DNA from: Octopus sinensis
Taxonomy: Eukaryota
Length of the DNA: 46,129 bases
Direction of reading: 5' to 3'
Assembly: GCF_006345805.1 (NCBI RefSeq)
Contig: NW_021834606.1
Coordinates: forward strand, 1-46,129
The notes below the pieces were generated by a model, which was not told the origin of the DNA, searched no databases, and saw only the letters and a program-made list of their open reading frames with translations. Positions within the stretch are counted from its first letter, which is position 1. Every line of letters begins with the position of its first letter. Shown here piece after piece: positions 1-11,563 of this stretch. The position numbers and the translations under genes are program-made.

Positions 1-77
1 CTGTTTTGTATCCCACCTGAAAAAGAAAAAAAAATTAGAAGTAGAACCAAAACAAAACAGGTTGGCAGAATTCTGCT

Positions 78-558
78 TTAACCCTTTCGTTACCAACCCG
101 GCTGAAACCGGCTCTGGCTCTTTAGTACAAATGTCTGGTTTTCAAAAGTTCTGAATTAAAATCTTCCACCAAACCTTAGTCACAATTTATGTTCCTAAAA
201 CTAGCTGAATGATAACTAAGTTATTTTACTAAATTCTTTGTTATATTTAAAGTAATTGAAAGAAACACAGAGCATCTCAGCAGAAATATGGTAACAGAAG
301 GGTTAAAATATATAATGGAGAATCAATTCTTAGCCCTTTTGATACCAACCTGGCCGAAGCCGGCTCTGGCTCTGAGTACAAATGTCTTGTTTTCATAAGT
401 TCTGAATTAAAATCTTCTGCCAAACCTTAGTCACAATTTATGTTCCTAACACTAGCTTAATGATAACTAAGTTATTTTACTAAATTCTTTGTTATATTTA
501 AAATTAATTGAAAGAAACACAGAGCATCTGAAAATAAATACAGTAACGAAAGGGTTAA
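78..558. mobile_element. Two tandem piggyBac-type MITEs (~221 bp each)
   Basis: TTAA-CCCTTT(C)GTTACC...GGTAAC(A/G)GAAGGG-TTAA termini; copies 82-302 and 334-554. Confidence 0.8.
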
Positions 559-664
559 GTAACCCATATGACCCCTGGAATTTTCAGGAAATGTTTGCAA
601 ATTTTTACATTTGTATATTTGTTGTGCAAGATTTTTTATGTGAAATCATGTGTTGAAACAGATA

Positions 665-1770
665 TTGTTGTATTCCGGAATGGTCATTTTGCCAGTTTAG
701 CCAATAAAAAACACATGCACTATATATTTGGTATTAATTTGTTTCAGCGTTATTTATTTTTGACATTATTCTTAATCTTATTTCGGCCAGCGTTCTTTCG
801 TCACACTCCTGTAACCTCATCAGTGGTCCTTTGCTTTCTTCTTTCTTATTTGTGTGTCTCTCCTTACTAACGGTCAGCCATTATTATTAATATCAGGAAA
901 TCAATATTAAATCAATATCTTCAGAAAGATATATATGTGTGTAGAAAAACCTGGGTTTTTTAGTAATATATATTTTATATATTATTATTGTTGTTGTATT
1001 TCGGAATGGTCATTTTGCCAGTTTAGCCAATAAAAACACACGCACTATATATTTGGCGTTAATTTGTTTCAGCGTTATTTATTTTTTATATTAATCTTAA
1101 TCTTATTTCGGCCAGAGTTCTTTCATCACACTCCTGTAACCTCATCAGTGGTCCTTTGCTTTCTTCTTTCTTATTTGTGTGTCTCTCCTTACTAACGGTC
1201 AGCCATTATTATTAATATCAGGAAATCAATATTAAATCAATATCTTCAGAAAGATATATATGTGTGTAGAAAAACCTGGGTTTTTTAGTAATATATATTT
1301 TATATATTATTATTGTTGTTGTATTTCGGAATGGTCATTTTGCCAGTTTAGCCAATAAAAACACACGCACTATATATTTGGCGTTAATTTGTTTCAGCGT
1401 TATTTATTTTTGACATTAATCTTAATCTTATTTCGGCCAGAGTTCTTTCGTCACACTCCTGTAACCTCATCAGTGGTCCTTTGCTTTCTTCTTTCTTATT
1501 TGTGTGTCTCTCCTTACTAACGGTCAGCCATTATTATTAATATCAGGAAATCAATATTAAAAAATTCTTCAGAAAGATATATAAGTGTGTAGAAAAACCT
1601 GGGTTTTTTAGTAATATATATTTTATAATATATTATTATTGTTGTTGTATTTCGGAATGGTCATTTTGCCAGTTTAGCCAATAAAAACACACGCACTATA
1701 TATTTGGCGTTAATTTGTTTCAGCGTTATTTATTTTTTACATTAAATTTAATCTTATTTCAGCCAGAGTG
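665..1770 (-). repeat. 325-bp tandem array (~3.4 units), each full unit with a hammerhead motif on minus strand
   Basis: TCATCAG at 817, 1142 and 1467 (period 325); last unit truncated by a SINE 3' fragment. Confidence 0.92.
1435..1479 (-). ncRNA. Type-I hammerhead ribozyme (unit 3); copies at 1110-1154 and 785-829 (latter U16.1>G)
   Basis: ggacca CUGAUGA g guuac-aggagu-gugac GAAA G-AA-C UC uggcc. Confidence 0.72.
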
Positions 1771-1853
1771 CTTGACTAAAGGCAGTGCTCCAGCATGGCC
1801 ACAGTCAAATGACTGAAACAAGTAAAAGAACAAAAGAACAGAACCAGACTTAC

Positions 1854-1993
1854 TGTATTATACTTCCTGCAAAGTCCACCTTGTACTCCAGCTGGACCAT
1901 GTCACCACTCTTCACCACCATGCTCGACATGGTCTCATATTCTTCTGTGTTCTCAAGGTAGAACTCTTTCGGGACATTACCTCCGAAACAGAT
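1854..1993 (-). CDS. SEC14L2-like: SEC14-like exon, 140 nt ([47 protein letters not shown])
   Basis: ttttgcag acceptor, gtaagt donor; start of GOLD region. Confidence 0.93.
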
Positions 1994-2887
1994 CTGCAAA
2001 AGATAAAGGCAACAATACACAAGTAGAAAGTTGTGAGGTTGAAAGAAGGATCCACGTTTTGGAGTGAGGAAGTGAATGGCTGTGGAAATGTGTGTGTGGC
2101 TGTGTGGTAAGTAGCTTGCTAAACAACCACATGGTTCCGGGTTCAGTCTCACTGCGTGGCATCTTGGGCAAGTGTCTTCTGCTATAGCCCCGGGCCGACC
2201 AATGCCTTGTGAGTGGATTTGGTAGACAGAAACTGATAGAAGCCTGTCGTATATATGTATATAAATATATATATGTATGTGTGTTTGTGTGTCTGTGTTT
2301 GTCCCCCTAGCATTGCTTGACAACCGATGCTGGTGTGTTTACGTCCCCGTTACTTAGCGGTTCGGCAAAAGAGACTGATAGAATAAGTACTGGGCTTACA
2401 AAGAATAAGTCCCGGGGTCAATTGCTCGACTAAAGGCGGTGCTCCAGCATGGCCGCAGTCAAATGACTGAAACAAGTAAAAGAGTAAAAGAGTAAGAGTA
2501 AGAGTATATCTATCTGTCTATCTATCTATCTATCTATCTATCTATGATCCCTTTTGACCGAAAACCTACCCCTCCCCTTTTATTTTCTCCCCAAAAAGAA
2601 AAGCTCTACTTTGTAATTTGTCCCCTCTGTGTGCAGCCCTGTGTGGCCAATAAAGAAACATATCTATCTATCCAAAGATCACAAGTTGAATTATCAATAT
2701 ATTGTGTGTGTATAAAAAGCACCCACTACACTCACGGAGTGGTTGGCGTTAGGAAGGGCATCCAGCCGTAGAAACACTGCTTGATCAGACTGGGCCTGAT
2801 GCAGCCTTCTGGCTACACAGACCCCAGGTGAACCGTCCAACCCATGCTAGCATGGAAAGCGGACGCTAAATGATGATGATGATGATG

Positions 2888-2943
<56 letters not shown>

Positions 2944-3170
2944 GGAGTAAACACATAAATGTAAAACAAGGTGGAAAAAAGAGTACTCAAATACCAGTGG
3001 TAGAGTAATATGCTTTATTTAAAGCAGCAGAAAATTCAACAAAACCTGTTATTCTGAGAGTTTTCATGCCATTCGTTGGACAGTTTTTTCTAGCAAAAAC
3101 TGTCCAACGAACGGCAACGCGAAACTCAGAGTAACAGGTTTTGTTGAATTTTCTGCTGCTTTAAATAAAG

Positions 3171-3214
<44 letters not shown>

Positions 3215-3750
3215 CTGTCGTTCACAAAAAATTCTGCGTTTGCAATACTTTTTTCGTTCGGCGTCAACAGCCCTTCTTATCTCGTTTTTCCCTGTCCTGT
3301 CTTTTACTGTTATATATTTTTTTACTGTTTATATTTGTTTACTGTTTATTTTCTTACTGTTTATATTTTTGTACTGTCGTTACTGTCCTGTTTTTTTACC
3401 ATTTTTTACCTCTCTGCGAAAAGATCTCAGAATTTTAATTGATTTGCTTTTCGCAGGAAGGAAAGTTTCTTGTCGAAGATACGTCTCGCTTTTATCCTTT
3501 GAAACGTAGAGTAGATGAAACCTTAGCGACTGAAGAAGGGGTTTTTTCGTTGTGTTAATTGTCCTGTACTCCATTTTTTGTTGTTTTTAAAAAATGTCCA
3601 GTTCCTTTGGTTTGTGTCTATGTTTTCGTTTCTCTTTGTGTTCGACGTCCTTTTGGTGTCCTGTACTCATATATGCGTGTATATGTACATGTAGAGGTAG
3701 GTACGTACATATATGCTTATATATATGCATATGCTTTATTTCATTTATTA

Positions 3751-3804
<54 letters not shown>

Positions 3805-5551
3805 ATATATGTATGTATGTTATTGTTAATGCAATTGAAACAATTGTTGGATTTAACACTTGCAAGTATTTATGGAGTTTTTCAGTAGCTTCGTAATGTT
3901 TGGGCATTAATTCAGTATGGAGGAGATGTCTCTTCTCAAAGATCATTTTTCCAGCATTCACAATTTTTCACCTCATCTTGGCTTAACAACCCTCACCGTT
4001 TGTTTTTACTGTTTTGCTCTCACTGTCCTGCTTTTGTCACCACTTAAACCCTCCGCAAAAAATCCCAAATTTTATTTACTTTGCTTAGCGAGAAGGACTG
4101 TTTTAACGAAGTCGCGTCTTGTCCCTACCTTCGAAACACGGAGTAGATAAAGGAGCACTCCGTCGGTTACGACGATGAGGGTTCCGGTTGATCCAAATCA
4201 ACGGAACAGCCTGCTCGTGAAATTAACGTGTAAGTGGCTGAGCACTCCACAGACACGTGTACCCTTAACGTAGTTCTCGGGGATATTCAGCGTGACACAG
4301 AGTGTGACAAGGCTGGCCCTTTGAAATACAGGTACAACAGAAACAGGAAGTAAGAGTGAGAGAGAAAGTTGTGGTGAAAGAGTACAGCAGGGATCACCAC
4401 CATCCCTTGCCGGAGCCTCGTGGAGCTTTAGGTGTTTTCGCTCAATAAACACTCACAACGCCCGGTCTGGGAATCGAAACCGCGATCTTACGACCGCGAG
4501 TCCGCTGCCCTAACCACTGGGCCATTGTGCCTTCACAGATAAAACAGGGGACAACTGATGAAGGGGAATGTTCTTTATGTTTTCCTGTCTTGACTCTTAG
4601 TTTGTTTTTTTCGTTGTTCAAAAAAAAGTTCATTTTCTGTTTTTGTTTTTTATGTTCTTGTTTCTCATTTTGTCTATGTTTTTTTTTTGATGTCCTGTAC
4701 CCATATATGCATGTATAAATACATATGTAGGTTTGTACATATATTTGTATACATTTATATATTACTAGCAGTATCGCCCGGCGTTGCTCAGGTTTGTAAG
4801 GGAAATAACTATAAAGCATTTTTAGAGAGTTATAGCCAAAAAATAGCAAAAAAATGGGAAAAAATGATGGTAAATTTTTTTTTGAGAGTTAAAAAAAGGT
4901 GGAGTTGCGTCCCCTAGACAGTTTTTGGTTTGTGTTTCTGATTCTCGACCCCATGTCGAATTTATCGATTTTTTTCAGAACTGGGGAAACTTTTCAAACT
5001 TTTCGCTGCGTTAGTTTTGAATTATGACATTGGGCTATGTGTGTGTCAAGTACATCAGAATCGGTTGAAAGCCGTGGTCAGGATGAGGGTACAAGCAAAC
5101 AGACACACAGAAACACGCACAGACAAACTGCCGTTTATATAGAGAGAGATTTTTATTACTATATGATCAAATACCACACATCCATTTCCAAGTACGTTTT
5201 ATCGATATATATATATTTCAGCGATGAGTACGATGTCATCAGGGAAACGGAGGTGAGTGAGGAGCTCGCCATTGATGTTCACACCACCTTGCCAGTCGAT
5301 GCCTCTGATGATCTGTTCGAGACATGCACCGATAATTGGTGGACGCACGCAGCTGTCGAGTGGTACCCTCGTGAGCGGAAAAGACCACCCGGAAGACCTC
5401 CACGACGGTGGAGTTACGATTTCAGGAGGACGATTGGGATCACATGGATGGGAAAGGCGCGATCCAGAGAGGAGTGGACAGCCTGCTGTGACCAGCAGTG
5501 TCAAATGGACGCCTGACAGACTGGTCGGTCAAGGTGAAGGTGATATATATA

Positions 5552-5586
<35 letters not shown>

Positions 5587-6878
5587 CAGTAGAACCGTCC
5601 AACCCATGCTAGCATGGAAAACGGACGCTAAACGATGATGATGATGATGATGATATATATACCATCATCATCATCATTGCTTAACGTCTATTTTCCATGC
5701 TAGCATGGGTTGGACGGTTCGACCGGAGTCTGGGAACCAGGAGACTGTGCCAGGCTCCAGTCTGATCTGGCAGTGTTTCTACAGCTGGATGCCCTTCCTA
5801 CTGCCAACCACTCCGTGAGTGTAGTGGGTGCTTTATATATATCTATATATATATATATATTAATTTAATATATAAATTGCTCACTTCCATGCTGACTACC
5901 TGATAACTAGCATTAACATGATTTTTATCCTTATTTTATGTATATATATTTAAAAATAAGGATAAAATCTTTATAAGAAATTATCAGTAGTTAGCGTGAA
6001 AAAACTCGTAAGAGAAAAAATCTGTAAATTTTTTCAACTTTGAAAATACTTATTTATATTATATAGAGGGTACTATTATTCATAGGTACCGCATGCTAGG
6101 AGGGACTTTTGCAGTCAAAACTACTAAAATTATTTTAGTAGTTTTGACTGCAAAAGTCCCTCCTAGCGTGTGGTACCTATGAATAATAGTACCCTCTATA
6201 TAATATACATATATATATATATACATATATATAAAAAATTTTATAAGGGTAGAAATTGATATTAATCAATTAAAACCAGTGGCCCAGCATATTAAAAAAA
6301 TCCGAAGATTAAAATATTTTTACATACAAAATTTAAAGGACTGACCACTAAAAGTGGACGGTCAACATGCTAGATATAGACGTCAAATTTGCTATTTTAC
6401 ACAGCAATTTTGACATCTATATCTAGCATGTTGACCGTCCACTTTTAGTGGTCAGTCCTTTAAATTTTGTGTATATATATATATATATATATATAGGTGA
6501 GAAAGTTGGTGTGTGAAAGAACGTGGTTGAATATATAGAAAATAGTAAAAAGTGAAAAAACTACAGAAGGCTTGTTTTAAAAGGTTAAAAAATATATATT
6601 TGAGTCAATATGTCTGAAGAATGTTATAAATTTTTTTCAAACAATGACATAGTTTTTGGAGAAATGACCGGTTTCAGCTTTTCAAATTTCTTACATCGTT
6701 ATGTTTACGATGTAAGAAATTTGAAAAGCTGAACGCAAAACCGGTCATTTCTTCAAAAACTATGTCATTGTAAGAAAAAAATTTATAACATTCTTCAGAC
6801 ATAATGACTCAAATATATATTTTTTAACCTTTTAAAACAAGCCTTCTGTAGTTTTTTCACTTTTTACTATTTTCTATA

Positions 6879-6912
<34 letters not shown>

Positions 6913-8945
6913 AAATCATGATTTTTGCATATTTTCTACTAAATAGTTGCTATGGACAACCTCAAGAATTTGGATTAATTGTGAGAGAAAGTAAGGTTGT
7001 ACCAAGTTGTGACAATAGGGGTTTCTGATAACAGATTAGGTGTGGTGGTCATAAGTTGGTCACCATGGAACTTGATGAACAACCATAAGGAAGTTCAGAA
7101 TAATCAAGAGAGAAAGTGGGTGTCGTACCAAGCTATGACAATAGGGGTTTCCATCTGCATCTGTTTTTGTTCCACCTAAGTAGGCAGGTAACTCCTCCGC
7201 ATCAATGTATTTCAGTAACGTTTCTTTGTAATCGCCTAAAAAGAAAAAAAAATGACAGAGAAAATAAACATTAGCAATATATAATAATAATAATAGTGAG
7301 GGCGCGTGGCTTAGTGGTTAGGGCATTCGGCTCATGATCGTAAGGTTGTGAGTTCGATTCCCGGCGACGCGTTGTGTCCTTGAGCAAGACACTTTATTTC
7401 ACGTTGCTCCAGTCCACTCAGCTGGCAAAAATAAGTTGTACTTGTATTTCAAAGGGTCAGCCTTGTCACTCTCTGTGTCACGCTGATTATCCCCGAGAAC
7501 TACGGTAAGGGTACACGTGTCTGTGGAATGCTCAGCCATTTGCACGTTAATTTCACGAGCAAGCTGTTCCGTTGATCGTATCAGCTGGGACCCTCGTCGT
7601 CGTAACCGGCGGAGTCTTGAAATAATAATAATAATGAAATATATAGGCGCAGGAGTGGCTGTGTGGTAAGTAGCTTGCTAACCAACCACATGGTTCCGGG
7701 TTCAGTCCCACTGTGTGGCACCTCGGGCAAGTGTCTTCTACTATAGTCTCTGGCTGACCAAAGCCTTGTGAGTGGATTTGGTAGACGGAAACTGAAAGAA
7801 GCCCATCGTGTATATATATATATATATATAGGCGAAGGAGTGGCTGTGTGGTAAGTAGCTTGCTAACCAACCACATGGTTCTGGGTTCAGTCCCACTGTG
7901 TGGCACCTCGGGCAAGTGTCTTCTACTATAGTCTCTGGCTGACCAAAGCCTTGTGAGTGGATTTGGTAGACGGAAACTGAAAGAAGCCTGTCGTATATAT
8001 GTATATGTATATATGCATGTCATTACAGCCTCTTACATTACAGCCAAAATGTAAATATATGGGAAACTACCACCTGTGTCATCTCTTGTGAAAGGTGGGA
8101 GAGTCCAGTTTGCTGGACATTGTTGTAGAGCTGAAAAAAAAGTAATTTCTACTCTTCTCCTCTGGAAGCCATCTACTCGCAATACCAGAGGGCGCACACT
8201 CTTCGAGAGGCGGTTGGATGGAACCTACTCTCGCCTCCTTATGAGAGCTCAAAATCTCTCGTGGAAGCGCCATCCAACCAAAATGCAAATATATGGGAAA
8301 CTACCACCTGTGTCATCTCTTGTGAAAGGTAAGAGAGTCCAGTTTGCTGGACATTGTTGTAGAGCTGAAAAAGAGGTAATTTCTACTCTTCTCCTCTGGA
8401 AGCCATCTACTCGCAATACCAGAGGGCACACACTCTCCTACCCTGATGTAATCTCCAGGGATACAGGCATCCAGCAACAGGACCTCTGTAATGCTATGAT
8501 GGACCGTGAAGTCTGGCGTAGCATGGTAAATTCCATTGTCTCGACCACGGTCGAACAATGATGATGATGATGTATATATGCGTGTGTGTGTTTGTACTGG
8601 GGTCGATGTAATCGATTTAATCCCTTTGTCTGTCCTTGTTTGTACTCTCTATGTTTAGCCCCTTGTGGGCAATAAAGAAATAGGAAACTGAAAGAAGCCC
8701 GTCATATATATGTATATATATATGCATGTGTGTGTCTGTGTTTGTCCCCCTAGCATTGCTTGACAACCGATGCTGGTGTGTTTATGTCCCCCATTACTTA
8801 GCAGTTCGGCAAAAAGAGACCGATAGAATAAGTACTGGGCTTACAAAAAGAATAAGTCCCGGGGTCGAGTTGCTCGACCAAAGGCGGTGCTCCAGCATGG
8901 CCGCAGTCAAAAGACTGAAACAAGTAAAAGAGTAAAAGAGTAAGA

Positions 8946-9001
<56 letters not shown>

Positions 9002-11050
9002 GTGCATGTGAAAGATGGACAAAGGTGATGTAGAAAAGCAAGGTAAGAAAGAAAGGAAGGTAAGGAGCTGACTTACTTCCCAAGACGAATATTTTCTGCT
9101 TCATGTTTTCACTGAGTAATGGTTTGGCCAGTTTGTATATCATGGGTAACAACTTTGGTGCTGAAATGGAAAGGGCAGAACGAGGAGTGGTGGTCAGATA
9201 AAATAACATTGGTAAAGAACATAAAGTATAACCCTGCCCCCCCACCCCACCCCACAAACTAGGGGTGGGGCAGGGGATAATGTCTATGATATCAAGCCCA
9301 CATGTATGACTGGTACTTTGATTTACTGAGCTGGGAAATGTAATGTCAACATCATTGTGATTAGTTTAACATCTAATTTTCTATTCTTGCATGTCAAAAT
9401 TATAGTTAGACCGCATAATAATTATAATTAGTCCACATTATAATTATAATTATAGTTAGTCCACATTATAATTATAGTTAGTCCACATTATAATTATAGT
9501 TAGTCCACATTATAATTATAATTATAGTTAGTCCACATTATAATTATAGTTAGTCCACATTATAATTATAGTTAGTCCACATTATAATTATAGTTTTAAT
9601 TAGTCCACATAATAATCATTATTAGTCCACATTATAATTATAATTTTAATTAGTCCACATTATAATTATAATTTTAATTAGTCCACATTATAATTATAAT
9701 TAGTCCACATTATAATTATAATTTTAATTAGTCCACATAATTATAGTTAGTCCACATTATAATTACAATTAGTCCATATTATAATTACAGTTAGTCCATA
9801 TTATAATTACAGTTACTCCATATTATAATTATAGTTAGTCCACCTTATGATTATAATTAGTCCACCTTATAATTATAATTAGTCCACATTATAATTATAG
9901 TTAGTCCACATTATAATTATAGTTAGTCCACCTTATAATTATAGTTTGTCCACATTATAATTATAGTTAGTCCACCTTATGATTATAATTAGTCCACCTT
10001 ATAATTATAGTTAGTCCACATTATGATTATAATTAGTCCACCTTATAATTATAATTAGTCCACATTATAATTATAGTTAGTCCACATTATAATTATAGTT
10101 AGTCCACCTTATAATTATAGTTAGTCCACCTTATAATTATAGTTAGTCCACCTTATAATTATAGTTTGTCCACATTATAATTATAGTTAGTTCACATTAT
10201 AATTATAGTTAGTCCATATTATAATTATAGTTAGTCCACCTTATAATTATAGTTAGTCCACCTTATAATTATAGTTAGTCCACATTATAATTACAATTAG
10301 TCCACATTATAATTATAGTTAGTCCACCTTATGATTATAATTAGTCCACCTTATAATTATAATTAGTCCACCTTATAATTATAGTTAGTCCACCTTATAA
10401 TTATAGTTAGTCCACCTTATAATTACGGTTAGTCCACCTTATAATTATAGTTAGTCCACCTTATAATTATAGTTAGTCCACATTATAATTATAGTTTTAA
10501 TTAGTCCATATCATAATTACAATTAGTCCACCTTATAATTAGTTAGTCCACCTTATAATTATAGTTAGTCCACCTTATAATTATAGTTAGTCCACCTTAT
10601 AATTAGTTAGTCCACCTTATAATTACGGTTAGTCCACCTTATAATTATAATTAGTCCATATTATAATTACAATTACTTCACCTTATAATTATAGTTAGTC
10701 CACATTATAATTATAATTAGTCCACATCATAATTATAATTAGTCATCAATAACATTAGTCATAAATTAATCATTAATTAGTCCACATAATTATAATTAGT
10801 TCACATTATAATCATGGTTTGTTTGTTTGTCTGGTTTGGGCATTGGAACGGGTTAAAGGCACCAAAATTTACAGGGACATGTAAAATGAGGTGAGGATGT
10901 GAGTGGGCTAGGTTAGAAATCCCTATCTTAAAAGGTGTGGTTACTAGGGCAAAAACCCCCACTTTGTCAAGTCTTCTCTCATTCTCTTATCTGCCTGTCT
11001 TCCTCCGTCTCTCTCTCTTTCCTCCCTTGACAAGTTTGACAATAAAAGAG

Positions 11051-11082
<32 letters not shown>

Positions 11083-11519
11083 GAAGGAGAGAGATAGATG
11101 GGCAGACAACAAAGCATGACCATCCCCAATGACAGCCACAACAAAGCGACGAAATGACTTACCATTAATTAGAAATAGCCGCTTCATCATTTCCGGGTAA
11201 TTATCTTCAAGGATGTGCGAAAGATACATGTTGAGATTTAAGCCTGCAAAATACAACACCAACATCAACATCAGCAACATTATCAGCAATAAAAACAACA
11301 TTATCACATCATTTCAATCCTTTACCTCCTCAAAGCATTTTTATAAGCTTCTCCTAAACATCCGATGCTTCTTTACACACTTTTAGTTCATCCTTGTTTT
11401 ATACCGTGATCACCGTGACCGACCAGGCTATCAGATGTTGCTACATATCGCTGGTCACAATGCGCTTTGCATTGTTTTAGCCATCAAACGACGCCACCCT
11501 GCTGGCTAAGCGAGCAGGG

Positions 11520-11563
<44 letters not shown>

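Noticed and set aside
6608-6650. CTGAAGA at 6614 as a further hammerhead
   Set aside because: No stem II-GAAA-NUH follows. The same applies to CTGACGA near 31753, CTGAAGA at 918-924 (minus) and the splice-acceptor complements at 19830 and 42995.
7298-7375. tRNA genes
   Set aside because: The A/B-box segments continue into SINE bodies and lack full cloverleafs.
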